Positions 27,043-36,013 of a DNA stretch of 54,643 nucleotides are shown one piece after another. The stretch lies in the NCBI GenBank assembly GCA_026396175.1, contig JAPLXG010000004.1, positions 1-54,643 of the forward strand. The letters are read 5' to 3'. Position 1 is the stretch's first letter. The number at the start of each line of letters is the position of its first letter. The notes below the pieces were generated by a model that searched no databases, was not told the origin of the DNA, and was given only the letters and a program-made list of their open reading frames with translations. The position numbers and the translations under genes are program-made. The stretch comes from Candidatus Moraniibacteriota bacterium (GTDB lineage Bacteria > Patescibacteriota > Minisyncoccia > Moranbacterales > UBA2206).

Positions 27043-28860
27043 CTACACCTCAATAATCACCGGCAGAACCATCGGACGCCTTTGCGTTTGTTGGAAGAGG
27101 TAGAGTCCAACGACTTCGCGGATGTTGTCTTCGATGAATTTCTTTTCCGGTGAAGTTTTTTTCGATGTTGTGTCTTTGATTGCTTTTTGCACTCGCCTTT
27201 TGGTTTCATTGATCAGATCAAAATTATCTTTGACGTAGATGAAACCACGGGACGTGATTTGAATGTTTCCAACCACTTCTTTTTTCTTGCTGTCCAAAAT
27301 AACAGTGATGACAAACATACCGTCGGCACTGAGCACTTGGCGGTCACGAATGACCACCTGCCCCACGTCGCCCACGCCCAGTCCGTCCACCATAACGTAG
27401 CTTGTATCCACTTTTTTCGGTAACAGTTTTGCCTGGCCACGTTGCACTTCGAGTACATTGCCATTGTCCATAATGAAAATGTTTTCTTTGCGAAAACCAA
27501 TTCGCACAGCTAACTTTTCCGCTTCTTTTAGCATATAGTGATTGGCATAGACCGGCAGGAAAAAGTCCGGTCGCACTTGCCTGAGCATTTCTTGAATATC
27601 CACCGCACTGCAATGACCGCTGGTGTGCACATCCATCACGTCAGAGTGGATAACATTGTCGCACTTGCGATAGAGATTATCTTTCAAGCGTTGAATTGTT
27701 CTTTCATTGCCCGGAATGACCGAAGAGGAAAAAACAATTGTATCATTTTTTTTGACTTTGATGTGTCGGTGATTGTCGGTAATGATTCGAGAGAGCACAG
27801 CGTTACCTTCGCCTTGCGCGCCAGTGCAAACAATCACCACTTTGTTTTCCGGATATTTGTGCAAATCGTTGACGGAAATTAAAGTTTCTTTGTGCATTTT
27901 GATGTAGCCCAGTTCTTTGGCAATGTCGATATTCATTTTCATACTATAGCCATCCAGTGCCACTTTTTTGCCGATCTTTTCGGCGTATTCCAAGATATGA
28001 CCAACTCTTCTGATTTGCGAAGAGAATGTGCCGATGATGATTTTACCGGTCGCTTCACTGATCAGTTTTTCCAAGTTGTGATACATTTCATCTTCTGTCG
28101 TGCGTGAAGGATTGGTCACAATCGCGCCAAGACTTTCCAGCATCAAGATGCGTGGGCTTGGCAATTTGGCCAGATGATTGTAATTCACCAGACTTCCGCC
28201 ATGGGGAGTTTTTTCCATCGTCCAGTCGCCAGGATGAATGACGGTTCCATCCGGAGTTTTGAGAATCACGCCGACGGCGTCCATAATGGAATGCTCCACT
28301 TCAAAAAATTCAATTTCGAATTTTCCCAAACGCAATTTATCTTCCACACTTTTTATGCGGATTGTTTTTAAATTTTGCGCGGAACCTTTTTCAAAGTCTT
28401 CCAATTTTTTCTTGACCATCGCCAAGGTCATATCGCGCCCAATAATTGGCGGATAGCCGAGTTGACGCAAAAGGATTGGCGCGGCGCCGATGTGGTCCAA
28501 GTGACCATGACTCAAAATCACGCCCCGGATATTTTTTTCCTTGCCTTTGAGATAGCTGATGTTGGGAATGATGTAATCAATTCCCGGCATATCCTCTTCT
28601 GGAAATTGCAGACCCATGTCCAAAATGACAATATCCCCGCCATATTCAAACAGCGTCATATTGCGACCAACTTCTTCTTGGCCTCCCAGGGGGATGATTC
28701 TCAAGGCTCCCTTGGTGCTTCCCGAATTCATCTGCATCGGCATCGGGTTCCGATTAGTCTTGGGTTTTATCCTCGCGAGACCATCGAGGTTTCTGGGTAT
28801 CGTAAAGCTGTTTGGACGTGCCAAACCAGCCGGCGATACATTGGTTGTTTTTTTAAACAT
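27043..28860 (-). CDS. rnj: Ribonuclease J
   Basis: PLGGQEEVGRNM, SHGHLDHIG, GAQGE, HTSGH, RRPMVLPVIIEV. Confidence 0.95.
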   Translation of the reverse strand: MFKKTTNVSPAGLARPNSFTIPRNLDGLARIKPKTNRNPMPMQMNSGSTKGALRIIPLGGQEEVGRNMTLFEYGGDIVILDMGLQFPEEDMPGIDYIIPNISYLKGKEKNIRGVILSHGHLDHIGAAPILLRQLGYPPIIGRDMTLAMVKKKLEDFEKGSAQNLKTIRIKSVEDKLRLGKFEIEFFEVEHSIMDAVGVILKTPDGTVIHPGDWTMEKTPHGGSLVNYNHLAKLPSPRILMLESLGAIVTNPSRTTEDEMYHNLEKLISEATGKIIIGTFSSQIRRVGHILEYAEKIGKKVALDGYSMKMNIDIAKELGYIKMHKETLISVNDLHKYPENKVVIVCTGAQGEGNAVLSRIITDNHRHIKVKKNDTIVFSSSVIPGNERTIQRLKDNLYRKCDNVIHSDVMDVHTSGHCSAVDIQEMLRQVRPDFFLPVYANHYMLKEAEKLAVRIGFRKENIFIMDNGNVLEVQRGQAKLLPKKVDTSYVMVDGLGVGDVGQVVIRDRQVLSADGMFVITVILDSKKKEVVGNIQITSRGFIYVKDNFDLINETKRRVQKAIKDTTSKKTSPEKKFIEDNIREVVGLYLFQQTQRRPMVLPVIIEV

Positions 28861-29145
28861 ACTTTTCGAAAAAATAAAGATACCAAAAAAAAGTTGGTTA
28901 TCTCGAATAAAAGCGACTTCGCGCTTTTTCTAATTAAAGAAATTAAGATAATAAAAGAAATAGAATAAAATGACTAAAACAAAAGGTTTTCTTCCACTAC
29001 TGAAATTATATCATACTATTATACACGCATCAATGGATTTGTCAATAGCGGCTCATATTTTACTAATCCCCCCAACTGTTATATGCTTAAAACAGTTTAA
29101 TTTGTATATTTGTAAATTTGTACTAATTCGTAATTTGTAGACCTT

Positions 29146-30192
29146 ATGAAGATCGGAATTGTCGGCCTCCCGAACGTCGGAAAATCAACCCTGTTTAAGG
29201 CGCTGACCAAGACGCAAGTGGATATTAGCAATTATCCTTTTTGCACGATCGAACCTAATGTGGGAATCGTGAAGGTTCCCGATGAGCGCCTCGAAAAGCT
29301 CTCCGAGATGTCAACGTCGGAAAAAATCATTCCGGCCATCATCGAGTTTGTCGATATCGCCGGCATTGTGAAAGGCGCTTCGACTGGCGAAGGCTTGGGT
29401 AATAAATTTCTCTCAAATATCCGTGAAGTTGATGCCATCTGCCAAGTGGTGCGAGTTTTTGATAATTCGAATATTATTCATGTTAATAATAAAATTGATC
29501 CGGAAAGTGACATTGAGACAATCAACACTGAATTAATCTTGGCTGATTTGGAAACTATCCAAAAAGTGAAAATTCGCCTCGAGAAAGAAACGCATGGTAA
29601 TAAAAAAGGCGCCGCCGAACAACTGGCCGTGCTTAATCATATTAGGGAAAATCTTGAAGCTGGCCAAGTTGCCAACTCCACTAGCCTAGATTTTGAAGAC
29701 GAAAACACCAAAATTATCGTGCGCGAACTGTCACTGCTCACTATGAAACCGTTTTTATATATTTACAATGTTTCCGATGTGGCAGAAAAACTGCCAGAAA
29801 ATTTAGAAAAATTACCCCACGTCAAATTAGACGTTAAGATAGAAGAAGAGTTAATCGAAATGACAAAAGTTGAAGCAGAGGAGCTTGGCGTCAAATCAAA
29901 TCTAGACGAGCTCATTGTCCGTGCCTATGAACTTTTAGGACTAATCACGTTCCTAACTACCGGCAAAGATGAAACGCGCGCTTGGACAATCAAAAAGGGC
30001 TGGACGGCGCCACTGGCTGGCACTGCCATTCACAATGATTTCAAAGATAAATTCATCCGCGCCGAAGTAATCAACTGGCAAAAATTATTGGACGCCGGGT
30101 CGTGGTCGAAAGCGAAAGAGCTTGGGACACTCAGACTTGAAGGTAAGGAATATGTGGTGCAGGATGGGGATGTTGTAGAATTTAAGATATAA
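29146..30192 (+). CDS. ychF: Ribosome-binding ATPase YchF
   Basis: [33 protein letters not shown]. Confidence 0.97.
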   Translation: MKIGIVGLPNVGKSTLFKALTKTQVDISNYPFCTIEPNVGIVKVPDERLEKLSEMSTSEKIIPAIIEFVDIAGIVKGASTGEGLGNKFLSNIREVDAICQVVRVFDNSNIIHVNNKIDPESDIETINTELILADLETIQKVKIRLEKETHGNKKGAAEQLAVLNHIRENLEAGQVANSTSLDFEDENTKIIVRELSLLTMKPFLYIYNVSDVAEKLPENLEKLPHVKLDVKIEEELIEMTKVEAEELGVKSNLDELIVRAYELLGLITFLTTGKDETRAWTIKKGWTAPLAGTAIHNDFKDKFIRAEVINWQKLLDAGSWSKAKELGTLRLEGKEYVVQDGDVVEFKI

Positions 30193-30210
30193 CAAAAATG
30201 GGGATGCCTG

Positions 30211-30248
30211 CCCCGTGCAATCCGCCAGCTGGCGGAGATTTTACGGGG
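30211..30248. repeat. CCCCGT...ACGGGG hairpin with the nested family F palindrome TCCGCCAGCTGGCGGA (30221-30236)
   Basis: The same 16-mer lies in-frame in uvrC at 1029-1044. Confidence 0.7.
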
Positions 30249-30353
30249 TGATTGAATTTAAGATTTGATAGAGTGGACCATGATTTGATTTAGCATAATC
30301 CTCGAAAACATTCACAATGACACGAGGCTACTAAAAATAAAAACCAGCAAGAT

Positions 30354-30712
30354 TGTCATTCCCGCGAAGGCGGGAATCCAGTGTAAAAACTCAATGAAAA
30401 GCTACTATCTCTATATTTTAGCAAGCGAAAAAAACGGCACCCTATATATTGGAGTAACTTCAAACTTAATCAAAAGAATCCAAGAGCACAAAACCAAGAT
30501 TATAGATGGCTTTACTAAAGAATATGGCATAAGCAAGCTCGTGCACTACGAACAGACAGAAAATATTCATTCGGCTATTGCCAGAGAAAAAGCGCTGAAG
30601 AAATGGAATAGGGCGTGGAAAATAAAGCTCATCGAACAAAATAATCCTAACTGGGATGACCTCTATTTTAAGATAATTGCGTGACTAGATTCCCGCCTGC
30701 GCGGGAATGACA
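30354..30712 (+). mobile_element. Family A complete element (359 bp): palindromic arms flanking a GIY-YIG gene
   Basis: TGTCATTCCCGCGAAGGCGGGAATCCAGT ... ACTAGATTCCCGCCTGCGCGGGAATGACA. Confidence 0.85.
30394..30684 (+). CDS. Stand-alone GIY-YIG nuclease (96 aa)
   Basis: YYLYILAS..NGTLYIGVT..L..R...H, AIAREK.LKKW.R.WK, NPNWDDL. Confidence 0.92.
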   Translation: MKSYYLYILASEKNGTLYIGVTSNLIKRIQEHKTKIIDGFTKEYGISKLVHYEQTENIHSAIAREKALKKWNRAWKIKLIEQNNPNWDDLYFKIIA

Positions 30713-30779
30713 ATTATTATTTAATATTTAAACCTAAGTTTTCCGTCATAATAAAAAATAATTATATAACTATATTTCT

Positions 30780-31583
30780 ATGACAACAATCCACGCAATA
30801 ATTTTCGGCATCATCCAAGGTTTGGGAGAATTTTTGCCTATCTCCTCCTCGGCGCATTTAATTATCTTCCCCTGGCTTTTCAAGCTTCCTGACCCGGGCT
30901 TGTCTTTTGATGTTGCTCTGCATTTTGGTACGCTCATCGCAGTGGTGCTCTTTTTTTGGAAAGATTGGCTGAACATTATCGCACGCGCTTTTGGTTTTGG
31001 GGAAAAATTAAAATTATCTGCTGTTATAAATTATCCGAAAAATACGCTTTGGCTTTTGGTGATTGCCACAGTTCCCGGAGCAATCTTTGGATTTCTGTTT
31101 GAAAAACAAGCGGAAACAATTTTCCGCGCGCCTCTGCTCATTGCCGGCACGCTGACACTCGCCGGATTGGTTTTATATTGGCTAGACATTACCAGCAAAA
31201 AAGATCGGGATTTCACCAAAATTTCTCCTAAAAATGCCCTTCTCATCGGCCTTTCTCAAGCCGTTGCCATTATTCCGGGAATCTCTCGCTCCGGCGCCAC
31301 CATTTCCACCGGCCTCGCTTTAGGCTTCAACCGAACCAGCGCCGCCCGTTTTTCCTTTTTGATGTCCGCGCCAATAATTTTTGGCGCCACTATTTTGAAA
31401 TTCAAAGAACTTTTGCACAACTTCACCTCGGTCGAATTTGTAGCAATTCTTTCCGCCGCCATCACCGGCTACATTGCCATCGCCTGGATGCTAAAATTCA
31501 TCGAACGCATAAGCTACAAAATCTTTTTTTGGTACCGCCTGGCTTTTGCTTTGATTATTGTTTTGGTGTTTTTCTGGCGGTAA
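30780..31583 (+). CDS. uppP: Undecaprenyl-diphosphate phosphatase
   Basis: QGLGEFLPISSSAH, PGISRSGATI. Confidence 0.95.
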   Translation: MTTIHAIIFGIIQGLGEFLPISSSAHLIIFPWLFKLPDPGLSFDVALHFGTLIAVVLFFWKDWLNIIARAFGFGEKLKLSAVINYPKNTLWLLVIATVPGAIFGFLFEKQAETIFRAPLLIAGTLTLAGLVLYWLDITSKKDRDFTKISPKNALLIGLSQAVAIIPGISRSGATISTGLALGFNRTSAARFSFLMSAPIIFGATILKFKELLHNFTSVEFVAILSAAITGYIAIAWMLKFIERISYKIFFWYRLAFALIIVLVFFWR

Positions 31584-31605
31584 AATTATTATGTCGACAG
31601 CGGAG

Positions 31606-31655
31606 CAAAAATCGGAGCTCAACTCCGGAGCTCCGGAGTTGAGCTCCGATTTTTG
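31606..31655. repeat. Perfect 50-bp palindrome with no loop
   Basis: CAAAAATCGGAGCTCAACTCCGGAG|CTCCGGAGTTGAGCTCCGATTTTTG. Confidence 0.9.
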
Positions 31656-31816
31656 ATTTTTTTCAAACAAAAAAGACTGCCCAATGAAGGCAGCTTTTTT
31701 TATATACAAAAAGTTGAAATAATATTTATGGTATCTTGGGGTGCGTCGCTGCGCTCCCCAAGATTGCTACCAAGTCGATTGTCGATTGTCATTTAACTTT
31801 CAGGTTCGGAATATAC

Positions 31817-32524
31817 TTACACAAATAAAAGGGTTCCGGTTGAGGTTTCCGCATTCAGATTTTCTTCCATAGAGTGATTTAAGCCGCTGGCATTTGAGGC
31901 GAAAATCATAGCCCCCATTCCAAAGCCGGTATCCGTGGCAGCGCGTGAGGAGCCCAGGTCGGAAGAGCCGTTAATAAACGCAACACGTAGAGGAGCCCCC
32001 ATTGCCGGTTCGACCGTGACAACGCACAGGGCCTGGCCAATAGCGTTAAAGACATTTTCAGGAACCACCGCCTTGATATACGAGGTTGTCGTCTCAGGAG
32101 TGTTTGCCGCTTTACTTGAAAGAATCCATGCGCCGCTGGTATTGCCGTCGATGGTTGCCAGCGCTGCTGCTGATTTCGTATCCGTGTATTGATCTGCAAT
32201 AATGTACGTGGCGCCGATTACGGTCGGGGCTATGTCTTTTTTCATCGAGAAAATGGCTGTCGGGGCACTGGCTGTGTTGGCACCGTACAGTACGACTTCG
32301 GAAAAGGGTGCGGACGCATAAACCATGACGGCGCCCGGGAGGTATTGATTGAAACTGATTGTCGTAATATCACCACGAACGTCCGCCGAGTGAATCGCGA
32401 CTGCCTGCGTCTGATCATTGTTGAAATTCGTCGCCTGTGCTTGACCATTTGTCCCGAGTGTCATCAGCGCGAAGGCCACAAGTGCAATCAATAAAAACAT
32501 TTTTTGCTTCATGAACCGTTTCAT
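31817..32524 (-). CDS. Hypothetical secreted Ala/Thr-rich protein
   Basis: GAAAGGA before ATG 32524; signal-peptide-like N-terminus. Confidence 0.6.
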   Translation of the reverse strand: MKRFMKQKMFLLIALVAFALMTLGTNGQAQATNFNNDQTQAVAIHSADVRGDITTISFNQYLPGAVMVYASAPFSEVVLYGANTASAPTAIFSMKKDIAPTVIGATYIIADQYTDTKSAAALATIDGNTSGAWILSSKAANTPETTTSYIKAVVPENVFNAIGQALCVVTVEPAMGAPLRVAFINGSSDLGSSRAATDTGFGMGAMIFASNASGLNHSMEENLNAETSTGTLLFV

Positions 32525-32631
32525 AGACAAATTCCTTTCACATGATAGGTTGAAAAAACAATCGACTTGTGTAGGTACTACATCTAAATTAGCTTGCTGA
32601 GCGAAACTTGTCAAATCCAAGTCTAGGTAAA

Positions 32632-32677
32632 AAACAGAAGCTAAGCTTCGGGAGCTCCCGAAGCTTAGCTTCTGTTT
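32632..32677. repeat. Perfect 46-bp palindrome with no loop
   Basis: AAACAGAAGCTAAGCTTCGGGAG|CTCCCGAAGCTTAGCTTCTGTTT. Confidence 0.9.
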
Positions 32678-33048
32678 CAATCAGGTGTAATCAGGAAAAT
32701 CATGTGCTAACTTGTCTGCCGGCGAGGCAGATCAGTGGTCAAATTTGACTAATCCCCGATTATGCGTTAAGCTATAGAAACAATCTAGAAAGCCCCAAAG
32801 TTCTCTCGCCTGGCCACTCGCCAGGATAAGAGCACAAACATTCCGCACAGGGGCGATTCTGGGGCGGATTTTCGTTATTCGCTTCGCGAACCCCCACTAC
32901 CTGCCTACCGGCAGGCAGACGAAAGGGGAATATGCGAATGAATTTATATATAATTATTTTTAACAACGAATGATGCAGGTTTTCTGCAAATATATAACTA
33001 AGCTAATTTGTATATTTGTAAATTTGTATTTAATTCGTAATTTGTAGT

Positions 33049-33555
33049 ATGCGTTACGAACTATTCTATCTCGTCGGCGTTTCCAAGGAACTCGATCTGG
33101 AGAAAATTAAAGCTGAGGTGGACGAAATTGTCACCGGTCACTCGGGCGTTTTCGAAGAGAAAATGACTCAGGAGAAAAGAAAGATGGCCTACAAAATTAA
33201 AAAGGACACCCATGGCATCTATATTGCCAAGCGGTTTTCCACAGAGGAACCAGCTAATGTGCCGGAAATCATCAATAAGCTTAATTTGAATCCGGGAGTT
33301 TTGCGGTTCATCATTAGCGATGCGTCAGAATTGCCAGAGCTGAAAACCAAAGAAGAGCGCATTGAACAAGAAGAAAAAAGAGGCGAAGTAGAAAAAATGC
33401 GTGAAGCCAAAAAAGAAGCCGCGGAACTCGAGAAAAATCCACCGAAAAAAGAAGAAGTCGCTCCAGCCGCTCCAAAAACTGAAGCTGAAAAAATTCAACA
33501 AGCCCAAGATTCAGAGGCGATTGATAAAAAATTAGAAGAAATACTTAATATCTAG
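33049..33555 (+). CDS. rpsF: 30S ribosomal protein S6 with a charged C-terminal extension
   Basis: MRYELFY, KRKMAYKIKK, VLRFII; rpsF-ssb-rpsR synteny. Confidence 0.9.
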   Translation: MRYELFYLVGVSKELDLEKIKAEVDEIVTGHSGVFEEKMTQEKRKMAYKIKKDTHGIYIAKRFSTEEPANVPEIINKLNLNPGVLRFIISDASELPELKTKEERIEQEEKRGEVEKMREAKKEAAELEKNPPKKEEVAPAAPKTEAEKIQQAQDSEAIDKKLEEILNI

Positions 33556-33606
33556 TTTTTAATTATTTAAAACCCCTTAGTCGTACCGTCTTGCTTAGCC
33601 AGCGGG

Positions 33607-33642
33607 CCTGCCCGCAACGCTTCGCGTAGCGATGCGGGCGGG
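33607..33642. repeat. Family E palindrome in the ssb leader
   Basis: CCTGCCCGCAACGCTTCGCGTAGCGATGCGGGCGGG; 35/36 identical to 14395-14430 inside uvrB. Confidence 0.85.
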
Positions 33643-33654
33643 GAAAATAAACTT

Positions 33655-34137
33655 ATGAACATCAACAAAGTGATTCTCGTGGGAAGATTGACCCGAGATC
33701 CTGAAGTAAGAACGACAGCAACTGGACAAACCGTCACTTCAATCTCAATGGCGACTAACCGCTTTTGGAAAGATAAAAACGGACAAAAACAAGATCAAAC
33801 AGAATTTCACAATGTCGTACTTTGGGGAAAATTAGGAGAAATCGCCGGACAATATTTGACTAAAGGACAAGAGGCATATATTGAAGGAAGAATGTCTACG
33901 AGAAAATATACTGGAAAAGACGGACTCGAAAGACGCACAACAGAGGTGGTGGCAGAAAATATGCAACTCGGATCCCGCGCCGGACAAGGTGGCGTACAAG
34001 CAACGGGAACATACAACAGACCAGCCGCCGCTCCTGCTCAAGCCCAAGCTCCACAAGCACCGATGGTAGAAGAAATTCCCACCATCAATCTTGATGAAGA
34101 AGAAGATGAGGTGAGGATTGAGGATGTTCCCTTTTAG
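33655..34137 (+). CDS. ssb: Single-stranded DNA-binding protein
   Basis: NKVILVGRLTRDPE; C-terminal EDVPF. Confidence 0.97.
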   Translation: MNINKVILVGRLTRDPEVRTTATGQTVTSISMATNRFWKDKNGQKQDQTEFHNVVLWGKLGEIAGQYLTKGQEAYIEGRMSTRKYTGKDGLERRTTEVVAENMQLGSRAGQGGVQATGTYNRPAAAPAQAQAPQAPMVEEIPTINLDEEEDEVRIEDVPF

Positions 34138-34149
34138 GTTATTATAATT

Positions 34150-34346
34150 CCTCCTCTCCCTTAGGGAGAGCCTGCCTGCCGCCTGCCTGCCGGTAGGCAG
34201 GGTAGGCAGGGATGTCACGTACTCGTGACAGGTGAGGGAAAAGGGTTGAAAATTATAAGCAAACTAAATAAAATTAGTTTTTCTATATTATCAAGTCCCC
34301 TCCCTCATCCGCCCTTCGGGCACCTTCTCCCTAAGGGAGAAGGGGT
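34150..34346. repeat. Family B doublet carrying a doubly nested family D insert (34171-34210)
   Basis: Inverted arms CCTCTCCCTTAGGGAGAG...GGTGAGGG and CCCTCATCCG...CCTTCTCCCTAAGGGAGAAGGGG. Confidence 0.85.
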
Positions 34347-34380
34347 AATTCGTTTAATTTGTAATTAAGTAATTTAAAGT

Positions 34381-34623
34381 ATGTATAACAATCGCAACAG
34401 CAATGAAATCAGTGTAGTGGAGAAAAAACTCTGTCACTTTTGCCAAAATCGAATTGAGAAAATCGATTTCAAGGATGCCTATTTCATCCGTCGTTTTATG
34501 AATTCTCAAGGCAAAATCTATCCACCAAAACGCCACGGCACTTGCACCAAGCACCAAAGAATTCTTACCAACGCCATCAAAAAAGCCCGCGTTATGGCGC
34601 TTGTGCCTTTTGTGGCGAGATAA
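34381..34623 (+). CDS. rpsR: 30S ribosomal protein S18 (zinc-binding type)
   Basis: CHFC, IDFKD, GTCTKHQR...IKKARVMALVPF. Confidence 0.95.
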   Translation: MYNNRNSNEISVVEKKLCHFCQNRIEKIDFKDAYFIRRFMNSQGKIYPPKRHGTCTKHQRILTNAIKKARVMALVPFVAR

Positions 34624-34630
34624 TAAATAT

Positions 34631-34781
34631 CCCCTTCTCCCTTAGGGAGAAGGTGGCTGAAAGCCGGATGAGGGAGGGAACTTTCAATAATCCACATTCC
34701 ACTGATTAGAAAGATTTTCCTTCCTACTTAGCCCTTTCCCTCACCTGTCCTCCGGACATCCTCTCCCTAAGGGAGAAGAGG
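34631..34781. repeat. Family B doublet (151 bp)
   Basis: CCCCTTCTCCCTTAGGGAGAAGGTGGC...GGATGAGGG ... CCCTCACCTGTC...CCTCTCCCTAAGGGAGAAGAGG. Confidence 0.85.
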
Positions 34782-34825
34782 CTTGTTCATTTGATTTCTA
34801 ACCTACTAAAAAATAAAACTATCTT

Positions 34826-35383
34826 ATGATTGGAATTTCCGATATTAAAACTGGGAAAAATATAATTTTGAATGGTATGCCGTTTGCTGTTCTGTATCAC
34901 GAACATTCTAAAACCGGCCGCGCCGGATCAGTTTTGCGCACACGACTGAAAAATCTGACCAACGGCGCAGTGCTGGAAAAAACTTTTCAAGGTTCTGAAC
35001 ACGTTGAAGAAGCACAGATCACCAAATCAAAAGCGCAGTTTCTCTATAAGGAAAATACGGATTATTGTTTTATGGATAATGAATCCTATGAACAATTTTC
35101 TCTTTTGACAGAAACACTAGGTGATAATGTTGACTATCTGACTGAAGGCACGGAAGTTTTATTTCTAAATTTCGACGGCGTTGCCATCAACATTGAACTG
35201 CCGGTCAAAATGAAATTGAAAGTCACTGAAGCGCCACCAGGCATCAAGGGCAACACCGTTTCCACCGGCGGAAAAATGGTCACGCTGGAAACCGGCAAAA
35301 AAATCTCCACTCCCCTTTTCGTGGAAGCCGGAGATGAGATTATCGTCAACACGGAAAAAGGGGAATATGTTAGTCGAGCATAG
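34826..35383 (+). CDS. efp: Elongation factor P
   Basis: HSKTGRAGS loop, PPGIKGNT, NTEKGEYVSRA. Confidence 0.95.
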   Translation: MIGISDIKTGKNIILNGMPFAVLYHEHSKTGRAGSVLRTRLKNLTNGAVLEKTFQGSEHVEEAQITKSKAQFLYKENTDYCFMDNESYEQFSLLTETLGDNVDYLTEGTEVLFLNFDGVAINIELPVKMKLKVTEAPPGIKGNTVSTGGKMVTLETGKKISTPLFVEAGDEIIVNTEKGEYVSRA

Positions 35384-35402
35384 AATTTAGAATGATTTGT
35401 GC

Positions 35403-35473
35403 GTAGAGACGCAATTCATTGCGTCTAGAAACCTCGCAATCATAACCCAAGACGCGATAAATCGCATCTCTAC
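35403..35473. repeat. Family G GTAG-type REP doublet
   Basis: GTAGAGACGCAATTCATTGCGTCT ... AGACGCGATAAATCGCATCTCTAC. Confidence 0.8.
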
Positions 35474-35526
35474 AACAACATGTTATTTTACAAAATACTT
35501 TTAGGGGAGTTAAAAAAGGAGGCCAT

Positions 35527-35751
35527 ATGCCCATCGCAACGGAAGCTACTAAATTCGTTTGTCCTGAGTGCCATACGCAGGCAGTAAGGGATGAAAAGAC
35601 TGGTCAGCTGTCTTGTTCTAAGTGCAAAATTCAACCCACTACTTTCATTGGATCGGGATACAATCTTTTCACAGCTGGATTTGACGAGGAAATGAAATTT
35701 CCTGAAGATTTTCCGTTTAATCCAAAATATTATCGCCATCAAGATTTTTGA
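35527..35751 (+). CDS. Small zinc-ribbon protein
   Basis: AAGGAGG SD; CPEC...CSKC. Confidence 0.7.
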   Translation: MPIATEATKFVCPECHTQAVRDEKTGQLSCSKCKIQPTTFIGSGYNLFTAGFDEEMKFPEDFPFNPKYYRHQDF

Positions 35752-35830
35752 TTTCGAAACCACTCCCCAAGGGGAACTGTGAATTACAGCTCCCCTCCCC
35801 TAAAAGTATTTGGCGAAATTTTCCATTTAG

Positions 35831-35962
35831 GCAGGAGCGGGTTTGAAACCCGCTCCTTTTAGTTTACTAACTGCAAATTTTATCAAACGCACTCTAAATA
35901 AAAATCCATCCAAAAAAAATAAATAGTAAACTATGCGAAACGGGTTATAAACCCGTTCCTGC
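35831..35962. repeat. Family J GCAG-type REP doublet
   Basis: GCAGGAGCGGGTTTGAAACCCGCTCC ... AACGGGTTATAAACCCGTTCCTGC. Confidence 0.75.
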
Positions 35963-36013
35963 GTTAATGACAAATTTTTTTGCCAACGCCCAAAAAAATG
36001 CTAGACTAGGTTT

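Noticed and set aside
30200-30210. GGGGATGCCTG identical to the first 11 nt of the tmRNA (possible att remnant)
   Set aside because: Only 11 bp, integration normally duplicates the 3' end, and no integrase is present; probably chance.
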